Virus record (IMG/VR): IMGVR_UViG_3300037541_000827
From: an uncultured virus (IMG/VR IMGVR_UViG_3300037541_000827)
Lineage: Duplodnaviria > Heunggongvirae > Uroviricota > Caudoviricetes
Length of the DNA stretch: 20,000 bases
Reading direction: 5' to 3' (one strand)
Below the pieces are notes generated by a model. The model saw only the letters and a program-made list of their open reading frames with translations, ran no database searches and was not told the DNA's origin. Within the stretch, counting starts at the first letter, position 1, and each line of letters opens with the position of its first letter. This document shows, one piece after another, positions 1-7,865 of the stretch. A program made the position numbers and the translations under genes.

Positions 1-1
1 G

Positions 2-432
2 GTGATCACGCTGGTGCAGCTCGAGCAGCTGGTGCCCGGGTGGTGGTGCAGCCTGAGCGATCTGGCGGAGCAGCTGGGCACCGATCGGGCCAGCCTGAAC
101 CGCAGCCTCTCGAAACTGGCGGCCTGGGCCTGCTGCGCAGGGTGAGCAGGGGCAACAGCGGCGGCACCTGGATCTGGTGGGTGAAACGCTCCGCCGATGA
201 CCAACCCAACGACCTTGAGGCGCCGCGGTGGCGGCTGAGAGATGTGGTTAGTTGCCGGGGCAACCTGGAGGTGATCCTGGGGCAGGAGCGTGCCTTTGCC
301 GCGGCCAAGGGGATCCCGTTGGCCACGGTGCGGGCCTTTCTGGCTGGCCACCGGCCGCTGCTGGCGAAGCGGTGGAAACTGCTCAGCTCCCCCCTGCAGC
401 TCGCCGACGAGAGCGAGCAACTCGCTGCCTGA
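2..432 (+). pseudogene. Winged-HTH DNA-binding protein, 5'-truncated, with a 1-nt frameshift near 124 (pseudogene or sequencing error)
   Basis: Frame from nt 2 reads ...WWCSLSDLAEQLGTDRASLNRSLSKLAA and stops at 143-145. The frame from 124 continues LGLLRRVSRGNSGGTWIWW...FAAAKGIPLATVRAFLAGHRPLLAKRWKL to the stop at 432. One extra C (gcc ctg) joins them into a canonical wHTH. Confidence 0.7.
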
Positions 433-847
433 GGTCTTCCCGGCCGGCTGGCGTGACAGCCCAGCAGCGGGAGCAGATGCCATCACGGCCCGCACCACGG
501 ATCTTTCGGCCGCACGTGGGGCACAGCGGCACCGGGGGAAGCGTGATCCAGTCCCACCTGACCTGGAACCACATCCAGCACCACATCCACTCGTAGGGCT
601 CACGCCTTGGAATCAAGGGCAAGCCCCTGAACCTGCCTGCTTCAGGGAAGAACGACACCGAGACCCGAACCGCCATCACGGGCTTCCCGTGAAGCTGGGG
701 TCGACGGAACCAACCCCACTGAAGGCCGGAGCCGAAAAGCATGTGCCAGGCAAGGCAGGCCAGCCAGAGCCGCACCACAATTCCGGTGTATGCCTGCACC
801 ACGGCGCCGGCGGCCATCAATCCGTGGTGAACGTCGAGAAGGGTCAT
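383..847 (-). CDS. Hypothetical protein with hydrophobic N-terminus and C-terminal CxxC...CxxC zinc finger
   Basis: ATG overlaps the upstream stop (ATGA, 844-847); CPTCG...CSRCW motif; Trp-rich. Confidence 0.6.
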   Translation of the reverse strand: MTLLDVHHGLMAAGAVVQAYTGIVVRLWLACLAWHMLFGSGLQWGWFRRPQLHGKPVMAVRVSVSFFPEAGRFRGLPLIPRREPYEWMWCWMWFQVRWDWITLPPVPLCPTCGRKIRGAGRDGICSRCWAVTPAGREDLRQRVARSRRRAAGGS

Positions 848-1122
848 GGCTGCCCCTCCAACTCGGCGGCGATGGCGAGGGCGTCGGCTTCATCGATGAC
901 CATCTCGTTGAGCTCGCTGTTCTCGGGGTGGTAGCGGGCGGTGTAGGCGCATTCTTCGACCAGGGCGCGGATGACGGCCGCGGCCAGGGCACGTCGAGTC
1001 TCCTCATGGTCGTAACTCCGGCCCATGGCATCAAGCACTTTCTGGGCGCGAGGGGAGAGGGGTTCAGCGCAGTCTGTGGAGCGGAAGAGGGGCATCATCA
1101 GGTACTGATGTTCTGGGTTCAC
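844..1122 (-). CDS. Hypothetical phage protein
   Basis: GTG at 1122 overlaps the terL stop (GTGA) and its own stop overlaps the next ATG. Helical, acidic C-terminus. Alternative ATGs at 1098 and 1095. Confidence 0.7.
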   Translation of the reverse strand: MNPEHQYLMMPLFRSTDCAEPLSPRAQKVLDAMGRSYDHEETRRALAAAVIRALVEECAYTARYHPENSELNEMVIDEADALAIAAELEGQP

Positions 1123-2678
1123 ACCATCTTGACCCATTCGGCCATCATCGGCCGCGTTCGGGCGCCGGCTTCACAAGCTGCAGCCAGCGACATCACTGCG
1201 TCGTCGTGGCAGCCGGCCGCGGCCTCGCGGGTGCCGTCGGCCCCTTGGCGGAAGGTGCGCATTTGCTTGCCAAAGATGTCGTCCGGGGGGATCCCCAGCT
1301 CGCCCTGCTCAAGCAGCAGCAGCACCCGATCGGTCATGCGGATCTTGGAGGGCTTGGAGGTGGCAAACTCCTCGATCGGCACCCCGGGCCGGAGGATCGA
1401 CAGGGCCTCCCCCACGTTGGCCCCGACGCCGTTGTTCTCGATCGCCACCATCTCGGGGCTGTACTCGTCGATCAGGCGGGCGGTGCGCTGCAGGCCGTAG
1501 TCCCGGCTGCGCCGGGCGTCGTTGAAACGGGCCACCACCTGCCAGGGGTTGGAGGTGATGTCGAGCACGGTGGTGACCCATTCGTCGTCTCCGGAGCCGT
1601 TGGGGTCGATGCCGAGCACGTAGGAGTGGCCCCTGGTGGACAGCTGCAGGCCGCCGATGGCCTCGGCCGCTTCGATCAGGTCGTGGGGATAGACCTCAGC
1701 GTCGGTGGCGGCGAAGTCGAGCTCGAACTCCTGCCGGTAGCGCTGCTCAGTGAGCTGTTGCGCCCGACGGGTGTTCTCGGCGAAGTTCGGATCCTGGGCA
1801 TAGATCGGGTGTTGGGACCAGTGAATCGCCACCTTGGCGAACTCACGATCAGGGCTGCACTGCAGGGTGGGGATGCCGTTGACGGTGGCCTCCCCCATCT
1901 GCACCTCGCCGTGGTCCGTGCTCCAGTGCTCATGGAAGCGGCCGCTCCGGCCGTTCGGTGTGGTAGCCCAGACGGCACGGGCCCTGCTGCCGAGCATCTT
2001 CAGAGTCGGCATGGCGCCGGTCTCGATGCCCGCGAGCTTCTCGATGTAGCCGCCCTCATCGAAGAACAGCATCGAGGCTGAGGGGATGCCCCGGGCGGCC
2101 CGTTCGGTGGGCGGCAGAAAGTGGAGGCTGCCGCGGCCCTGGAACTGGATTTTTCTAGCGGAGTCTTTCGGAAGTGGCGGGCAGTAGCGGCCCAGGGAGG
2201 CGGCCTGGCCCTTGATCCGTGCCGCCAGCTCGGAGGCGTCCTCCCCGGTTTTGGAGAAGACGATCCCCGTCCAGGCAGGCCGCTGGATGGCCTGCTGGAG
2301 CATGTAGGAAATGATCGTCTCGCTTACGCCGGTTTGCCGGCTCTTGAGCACGTATGTGTTCTGGTAGGCCCGGATCGTGCGGACCAGGTCCAGCTGGTAG
2401 TCCCAGGCCAGGAAGGGGAGGAACTTCCCCTGGGAGGCAATGAAAGTGCGGGCGGCAAACTCAGGCCAGCGCTTCGGGAGCTGGTCCCATGGCTGAACCG
2501 CTTGGGCCTGGGTGAAGATCCCCCGGCGGGGGGCGTACTGCAGCAGGGGGCGAAGAACCGCCTGCTTCCGGGGGATGTGCAGCCCGGCGGGACCGGTCCG
2601 GGGCCAGCTGTAACAGGAGGTCTGGCTGCGGAGCTGGGCGTCGTACTCAGCCCAGGCCTCGTCGTCCCAGTCCATCAT
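1119..2678 (-). CDS. terL: Phage terminase large subunit (ATPase plus RNase H-like nuclease)
   Basis: Walker A-like YVLKSRQTGVS, Walker B MLFFDEGG, motif III ATTPNG, nuclease acidic motifs LGIDPNGSGDD, IENNGVG and HDDAVMSLA. Confidence 0.95.
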   Translation of the reverse strand: MMDWDDEAWAEYDAQLRSQTSCYSWPRTGPAGLHIPRKQAVLRPLLQYAPRRGIFTQAQAVQPWDQLPKRWPEFAARTFIASQGKFLPFLAWDYQLDLVRTIRAYQNTYVLKSRQTGVSETIISYMLQQAIQRPAWTGIVFSKTGEDASELAARIKGQAASLGRYCPPLPKDSARKIQFQGRGSLHFLPPTERAARGIPSASMLFFDEGGYIEKLAGIETGAMPTLKMLGSRARAVWATTPNGRSGRFHEHWSTDHGEVQMGEATVNGIPTLQCSPDREFAKVAIHWSQHPIYAQDPNFAENTRRAQQLTEQRYRQEFELDFAATDAEVYPHDLIEAAEAIGGLQLSTRGHSYVLGIDPNGSGDDEWVTTVLDITSNPWQVVARFNDARRSRDYGLQRTARLIDEYSPEMVAIENNGVGANVGEALSILRPGVPIEEFATSKPSKIRMTDRVLLLLEQGELGIPPDDIFGKQMRTFRQGADGTREAAAGCHDDAVMSLAAACEAGARTRPMMAEWVKMV

Positions 2679-3166
2679 CAGAAGTCACCGGCCCGGTCCT
2701 CGGCCTCCTGCTCCTCTGGGCTCAGCGGTTCAGCCCCAGCGCCGCCGTCGCCGGCCTCTTCCAGCGCCTTCTCGAACTTCTCGATGGTGAGGATCAGCTG
2801 GTTGATCTCGCGGTTCGTCGCCAGGGCAACGCCCAGCTGCTTGCTGGCCATGGCCTTCTTCAGGAGGTCTTCCATCCGGCAGAGCTGGATGGAAGACAGG
2901 CGCAGCTTGTCGTAGAGGCTGGTGCTGGTGATCGCCAGTTCATAGGCCTCGCCGACCAGCTTCGAGGCAACGGCAGGGCTGACCCGCCAGCCCCGAATAG
3001 CAACGTCCAGCAAATCCTTCGGCCCGAAGCCCTGCCTCACCGCCATGCCCAGCAGGGCATGCACCCGGTAGTTGCGCTCTGCCGCCCTGGAGAGGGTTCG
3101 ATCTCGCGCAGGCTTTGGGCTGGCCCCGGCTTTCTTTTTCGCCACCCCGGGGTTCCTCCTGCTCAA
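2678..3166 (-). CDS. Probable terminase small subunit
   Basis: 162 aa directly upstream of and coupled to terL (TGATG). Basic N-terminus, HTH-like segment (GFGPKDLLDVAIRGWRVSPAVASKLV), helical middle and acidic tail. The call is mostly positional. Confidence 0.6.
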   Translation of the reverse strand: MSRRNPGVAKKKAGASPKPARDRTLSRAAERNYRVHALLGMAVRQGFGPKDLLDVAIRGWRVSPAVASKLVGEAYELAITSTSLYDKLRLSSIQLCRMEDLLKKAMASKQLGVALATNREINQLILTIEKFEKALEEAGDGGAGAEPLSPEEQEAEDRAGDF

Positions 3167-4017
3167 AGGTTAGGAACCTGTAACAGCGGCATCCCGCGAG
3201 GTGGCAGGGCGGCCGCGGCCTGGCGCAGGCGGTTGGGGTTGGGGCCCCGTTTCACGGGGATCCCAGATCGCTTCAGGGCACCGGAAACGATGGCGGATGG
3301 GATGGCGAACTCCCGGGCCATGGCGGCAACGGTCTGGCCCTCAATCCAGCCCTTGCGCAGCTGCTCGAGCAGCTCATCTGATGGCATTTCCTCCGGCAGG
3401 AGCTCACCGCGGCGGCGGCGGGCCCGCTCGACCGTCCGGGCCGAATTGTTGGGGCGATCGTGCTCCTGCAGCCAGGAGCGCACCGCCAGGGTGCTGCGAT
3501 TGATCATCTGCCCGATGACGGAGGCATCATGGCCCAGCGCCCGCAACCGCAGGCAGGTGGAGCTCTCCTCCGGAGTCCACTGCCGGTGGCCGTCGGTGAC
3601 GCTGCGCCTCTGCGCCCGGATGGTGACGCCGGCCGTCACCAGCAGGCTGCGAATCGCCGCACGGCTCACCTCATAGCTGCTGGCCAGGGCCTCGATGCTC
3701 TCCTCGGCCAAGTAGCGGTGCACCACCACCGCCACCGGGAGCCGGGGCTTCTGGGTGACGATCCCATCTCCACCGGCCTGGAGGTGGTTGGTGAAGCACC
3801 GGAACCTAAGCACCTCCCCACGGCTCCGGCGGGAATCGGCGAGGCTTGCGTAGATGCAGCTAAGGCTCCGCCCCAGCTCGTCCGCGATTGCACGGGCTGA
3901 GACGCCCTGCTGGTGAAGGGCATAGATCCGGGCATGCTCCTTCAGGCTCATGTCGCTGCCGCGGCGAGCACGTGGGGGAGCGGCGGGCGGAGCAGGCAGG
4001 TAGGCGGTGGCTGCCAC
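3163..4017 (-). CDS. Multi-HTH DNA-binding protein (about four tandem HTH units)
   Basis: GVSARAIADELGRSLSCIY; ESIEALASSYEVSRAAIRSLL; WTPEE...GHDASVIGQMINRSTLAVRSWL; GQTVAAMAREFAIPSAIVSGALKRSGI. Confidence 0.8.
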   Translation of the reverse strand: MAATAYLPAPPAAPPRARRGSDMSLKEHARIYALHQQGVSARAIADELGRSLSCIYASLADSRRSRGEVLRFRCFTNHLQAGGDGIVTQKPRLPVAVVVHRYLAEESIEALASSYEVSRAAIRSLLVTAGVTIRAQRRSVTDGHRQWTPEESSTCLRLRALGHDASVIGQMINRSTLAVRSWLQEHDRPNNSARTVERARRRRGELLPEEMPSDELLEQLRKGWIEGQTVAAMAREFAIPSAIVSGALKRSGIPVKRGPNPNRLRQAAAALPPRGMPLLQVPNL

Positions 4018-4020
4018 GGC

Positions 4021-4671
4021 TCAGCGGCCCATGTGGGCCAGTAGGGCCTCCGCAGCGCGGGCCAGGCGGGCTTCGGTGCTCTCCTCCTCCGGCAGCGCCT
4101 CCGCCAGGCGGCCCATCAGCTGCTGGAACTCCACCAGGGCCTCCTGGTCAGGAAACACCAGCTGGACCGTCAGGCCCGGGGAAGTCTCCGGGGGCGCTGG
4201 TGGATCGGGCATCTCATCGATCCCGTCGACCAGGGCCTTGAACTCGTCCTCGGTGAACCACGGGCTCAGGTCCAGCTCCGCATGGCCCTCCAGCAGGGCC
4301 GCCAGCGCCGCGCCGTTGAACTCCGAGGTGTCACTTGAGCGGTTGTCCGCCACCCCATATTCCGCCTTTTGTGCTGGGGAAAGATCTGTGCGCTGCACGG
4401 CCACCAGGGTGCGGCCATCGGCCGGGACCACCAACACCTTGTCGATGCCGATGGCGGCGGCCGCCTCGGCGGTGCCGTTGCCGGCAAGGATCACGCCGTT
4501 CTCATCCACCACCAGGGAGCGGGCGGCGCCGAACTCGCGCAGCGAGCGCTCGATCATCCCGGTGCTGCGCTGGGTGCGGCGCCGGGCGTTCGCGGGGTCC
4601 TGCAGCAGGGCCTCCAGCGTGGTCTCGGTCGGGGCGGTGACTGCTGCCAGGGGGGTGCGGCGTTTGGCCAT
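4021..4671 (-). CDS. ParB N-terminal-like (ParB/Srx) domain protein of the phage packaging region
   Basis: LQDPANARRRT...IERSLREFGAARSLVVDENGVILAGNGTAEAA...YGVADNRSS matches phage ParB-like proteins found upstream of terminases. Start chosen at ATG 4671 (MAKRRT). Confidence 0.85.
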   Translation of the reverse strand: MAKRRTPLAAVTAPTETTLEALLQDPANARRRTQRSTGMIERSLREFGAARSLVVDENGVILAGNGTAEAAAAIGIDKVLVVPADGRTLVAVQRTDLSPAQKAEYGVADNRSSDTSEFNGAALAALLEGHAELDLSPWFTEDEFKALVDGIDEMPDPPAPPETSPGLTVQLVFPDQEALVEFQQLMGRLAEALPEEESTEARLARAAEALLAHMGR

Positions 4672-4747
4672 GCGTGCAGAAGCAGAGCTATCGCACAACG
4701 TAGCCGAACCAGTACATACTCAGTCATTGAGGCGGCATCACACAGCG

Positions 4748-5617
4748 ATGACTTTCCGCACATCTTGCGGTGAGATCAATCCGGGCGGAAAATCACCCGT
4801 GGACGCCGCATCACGGCTGCAAACCCTGATGGAGTCAGGATTTCACTGGTCATCTGCAGGTAAAAGACTCGGGCTCACCAAATGGCAGATGAGGTGGTGG
4901 TGGAAGCAGATCGGATCGCACATTGCTGATCCTGTTGATCTGGCGCTGGCTCAGCGACTGATACAAGCGAACTACCAATCCAACGGGCCAGAGTTGTTCG
5001 ATGGCCTGATGCTTTGCCGCTGCGGGCGCAGGATGAAGCGGCCTGACCGTTGCGGGGCCTGTGGCAAACCCCATCGCTGGTCTTGCCCGGTCTGCCGGCT
5101 GCCCTGCGGCAAGCGGAACTGGGTACAGGCCGCGGCCATCAAGCGGGCGGTGTTTGAGGCCTTGCAGCGGCGGCTGCCGGAGCTGGTCCGGCTATGCGAG
5201 CACCGCACGCCGATGCAGCGGCAGCGGGAGCAGCAGTGGCTGCAAAAGCTGGAGGACTTCCTGAAGCTGAGGAGGGAGCTCCATGAAGCGGGCCTGCCAC
5301 GGATGGGCTATCCGACGATGGCAGCCCGAATGCAGCTGGTCTGGGACCAGGTTGGGGAGCCGTCTGAGCGCGACTGCTGGGGGAGGACGTTCAGAAGCTG
5401 GGGGGCCTGGGAGGGAGCCACCTCACACCAGTGGCGGATGGTGGCCGTCTACTTCTGCCGCAAGATCGTCTGGGATGGCGAACGGGTCAGAGTCCAGCTC
5501 TTCAAGCGGCGCTTTGTCGATCCACTGCTTATGAATGCCCAGCAGGACCCAGTTGATCGAGGACTGTGGCCAGTTCACTCCCTCCCCCCGAGTCACCCGG
5601 CTCATCGGGACCGCTGA
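4748..5617 (+). CDS. Large-serine-recombinase C-terminal-like protein (Zn ribbon plus coiled coil) lacking the catalytic domain
   Basis: ATG at 4748; LFDGLMLCRCGRRM Zn-ribbon start, CGAC/CPVC cysteines, WVQAAAIKRAVFEAL, charged helical region and C-terminal FCRKIVWDGERVRVQL. No Y-x-R-x-S resolvase motif. Confidence 0.65.
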   Translation: MTFRTSCGEINPGGKSPVDAASRLQTLMESGFHWSSAGKRLGLTKWQMRWWWKQIGSHIADPVDLALAQRLIQANYQSNGPELFDGLMLCRCGRRMKRPDRCGACGKPHRWSCPVCRLPCGKRNWVQAAAIKRAVFEALQRRLPELVRLCEHRTPMQRQREQQWLQKLEDFLKLRRELHEAGLPRMGYPTMAARMQLVWDQVGEPSERDCWGRTFRSWGAWEGATSHQWRMVAVYFCRKIVWDGERVRVQLFKRRFVDPLLMNAQQDPVDRGLWPVHSLPPSHPAHRDR

Positions 5618-5955
5618 CGCCGGAGGCAGGAGAGCTGCGCAAAGCGAGGGGTGGGGCCTCGCCATCGCTGCGGGGGGCCCACCTCATCGATAACCAGGAA
5701 GGGCGGATCCGGCCGCCGGGCGGGATCTGCGCCATCTCCCTCTCCAGCAGGGCCATGGCCCGCACCGTTCCCGTCTGGCGGCAGGCTTTCAAGAAGGCCA
5801 GACTGCAGGATCACCTTCTCCTGCGGGGCGTCCTGCGTGCTGCCGCTGCAGCTCATGGCTTTCACGGTGCCGATGCGACGACCCGCAAAGCAAAGATCCC
5901 CGTAGCGCAATAGGCCTTCGGCCTTGTAGCTGCACATTTCTTGAGCCCTGTCCAT
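5602..5955 (-). CDS. Hypothetical protein
   Basis: ATG at 5955 is coupled to the PolX stop (TGATG); no recognisable motif. Confidence 0.45.
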   Translation of the reverse strand: MDRAQEMCSYKAEGLLRYGDLCFAGRRIGTVKAMSCSGSTQDAPQEKVILQSGLLESLPPDGNGAGHGPAGEGDGADPARRPDPPFLVIDEVGPPQRWRGPTPRFAQLSCLRRQRSR

Positions 5956-6482
5956 CACCCCCTGACCTCCCGTGCGATTGGATCTACCCAAGGTATCCCG
6001 ATCATCCGGAACAGGGCCTCTTCAGTGGGTGTGGGGCAGATAGCCCCGTCGCTGCTCCTCCGCAGCAACCCACCTTCAGAGCGATAGCAGGCCCGAACCC
6101 AAGCCGGTGCCAGCACGGTGCGGCACCAATCGGCCGAACCGGTCCTGATTGCCAGCTGAAGGCCGTAGCCGTCAGGGTGAGGCATGAACAGATCGAGTTT
6201 CATCCCATGCCACGGCAGGACCCGCTGGGTGTAGCGGCAGGGCAGCTCCCCTTTCACCTTCTCCCACTGGTTCACCACGGTGGCGATGCCAGAGCAGAAC
6301 AGGGGAGAGGCGTCGTAGGGCTTGGGGATGCAGACAATCTCAAGGTCGCCGATGGTTGGCCGCCGGCGGCGAATGCTGCCGGCGATGTCGATGCGCTCGC
6401 AATGAGGCTTCAGCAGCTCCAGCACCTTGGCGGCGACACCATCGGCGGTAGCCAGGGGCAGGCGGGTGGTGGTGGTGCTCAT
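5955..6482 (-). CDS. Minimal family X DNA polymerase (Pol beta-like palm plus thumb only)
   Basis: IAGSIRRRRPTIGDLEIV, third acidic residue in KLDLF, LAIRTGSADW and C-terminal PTEEALFRMIGIPWVDPIARE; 175 aa. Confidence 0.9.
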   Translation of the reverse strand: MSTTTTRLPLATADGVAAKVLELLKPHCERIDIAGSIRRRRPTIGDLEIVCIPKPYDASPLFCSGIATVVNQWEKVKGELPCRYTQRVLPWHGMKLDLFMPHPDGYGLQLAIRTGSADWCRTVLAPAWVRACYRSEGGLLRRSSDGAICPTPTEEALFRMIGIPWVDPIAREVRG

Positions 6483-6778
6483 CCCTTCACGTCCTCCAGC
6501 AGGTCGAGCAGGAGCATGCGGCGGGTGTCAGAGGGCCGGGGGTACTGCTCCAGGCGATCTAGCAACAGGGCCATCACGCGCAGGCGCTCCATCTGCTTGC
6601 CCTCGGCCATGGCCTTGCGGAGCAAGACATCACCGCTCAGCTCGGCGGTGGCTGCCTCAAGCAGGCAGGCGACAGCTGCATCCTGCTGTTCACGGGCCGC
6701 GGCCAGCGGATTGGGCTGCTGCAGCCTCTGCCAGGCGGGGTCTGTGAATCTGTGGCAAGCCACAATTCCCTCAGCCAT
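6479..6778 (-). CDS. Hypothetical helical protein
   Basis: ATG at 6778 preceded by GGAGG/GGAG; stop overlaps the PolX ATG (ATGA). Confidence 0.65.
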   Translation of the reverse strand: MAEGIVACHRFTDPAWQRLQQPNPLAAAREQQDAAVACLLEAATAELSGDVLLRKAMAEGKQMERLRVMALLLDRLEQYPRPSDTRRMLLLDLLEDVKG

Positions 6779-7025
6779 CTCCAGGCCTCCCCATCGAAGT
6801 GCTGGCCAGGGGAGGTGGGCCGCCATGGCCAGGCCGTTCACGGGTCACTCGCCAGCCCGGCATGGGCGTGGCAAGGAACCCATCGCTCTCCACGGTGATC
6901 AGCGCCGTGGGGGAGCCGATCAGGTGGAGATCGATTTCCTGCATCTGCATCCGCTTCCACTCAGCCTGGCCCACAAACCAGACCCACACCTGCACCATGG
7001 GCGGCCGCGGCTTCGAGGGGCTCAC
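6771..7025 (-). CDS. Hypothetical protein
   Basis: GTG at 7025 overlaps the upstream stop (GTGA); stop overlaps the next start; fills the operon gap. Confidence 0.55.
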   Translation of the reverse strand: MSPSKPRPPMVQVWVWFVGQAEWKRMQMQEIDLHLIGSPTALITVESDGFLATPMPGWRVTRERPGHGGPPPLASTSMGRPGDG

Positions 7026-7696
7026 AGCCGTACCCTCCAGTTCAGGGTTTTGGCCATGAAGCGGTAAGCATCGATCGCATCGATCCAGCAGCACAGGGCC
7101 TTATCCACATCGATCATTTCCACCGTGGTGCGCTCACTGCAGAACAGGACGAACGCACGCCGCGGCCACCAGGAGCAGCTGTCGCCCAGCAGGGCGATCG
7201 CCGCTCCAACTTCGGCGGCAACTCGTATCGGATCGAGCTGATCGCTGGCAGCGCTCTGGCAGAGGCCAATGCCGATGTCCCCGCCATTGGAGAAGCGGAC
7301 GAGGAGCTCGGCGGTGGCGCCCAGGGGCAGGCGACGGTGACGCACATGGATCGGTGCTGCCAGCACCTTCAGGTTGGCCCAGAACGGATGGCCGATCAGC
7401 GGGGCGATGGTGCTGAGCTGATCGGTGAACGGCGCCACAGCGGGCAACCAGGGCCCTGCTGCGCTCACATCCGGGTTGTGGAGACTGTTGGCATAGGCAA
7501 CGCAGGCGCGCAGCACCACCGGGTTGCGGGCCAGTTGCAGGGCAGTGTGGGGATAGACCCGATCGAGGATGCCTCGGGCAGAGAACAGCTCCTCACCGCT
7601 GGGGGTGATGTAGCCACCGGCCGCGGCCGGTTGAACGGGCTGGTCCTGTGCCGGTAGCCAGGTGGTGGGTTCAGGTCGGAACAGGGTGCTCACCAT
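7022..7696 (-). CDS. PD-(D/E)XK (phage Cas4-like) exonuclease-fold protein with degenerate active site
   Basis: ATG at 7696 with upstream GGAGG. GYITPSGEELFSARGIL resembles the N-terminal Y-x-T-P-x-G...SVT-x-IL motif. HRRLPLGATAELLV...IGIGLCQSA aligns to H...YAGTxD...I-x-D-x-K-T, and AEVGAA to Q-x-x-A-Y. Confidence 0.6.
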   Translation of the reverse strand: MVSTLFRPEPTTWLPAQDQPVQPAAAGGYITPSGEELFSARGILDRVYPHTALQLARNPVVLRACVAYANSLHNPDVSAAGPWLPAVAPFTDQLSTIAPLIGHPFWANLKVLAAPIHVRHRRLPLGATAELLVRFSNGGDIGIGLCQSAASDQLDPIRVAAEVGAAIALLGDSCSWWPRRAFVLFCSERTTVEMIDVDKALCCWIDAIDAYRFMAKTLNWRVRL

Positions 7697-7845
7697 GTTG
7701 TTCTCTGCCTCCAGCAACCATGACGAGGCACGGCGACAATGGGGCGGTTGGGGCATTGCCAGCGGATCTCCCACCCAAAGGGGAGCGGCTTGCGCCAACG
7801 GGCACCGCAGGGGTGCACCTCTTGGGTTCGGCAGACAATGAGCAT
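7690..7845 (-). CDS. Small hypothetical protein (51 aa, Trp/Cys-rich), not in the ORF track
   Basis: MLIVCRTQEVHPCGARWRKPLPFGWEIRWQCPNRPIVAVPRHGCWRQRTTW; C-rich leader; stop overlaps the start of the next gene. Confidence 0.45.
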   Translation of the reverse strand: MLIVCRTQEVHPCGARWRKPLPFGWEIRWQCPNRPIVAVPRHGCWRQRTTW

Positions 7846-7865
7846 GGGGGTGGGGAGCGAGGGGG

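Noticed and set aside
790..2915. Long + strand ORFs (790-1500, 1206-2081, 2121-2915)
   Set aside because: Antisense shadows of the terminase genes in GC-rich DNA, with no motifs.
4007..4747. N-terminal half of the 536-aa + strand ORF
   Set aside because: Ser/Ala/Arg-rich antisense shadow of the ParB-like gene; the real gene probably starts at ATG 4748.
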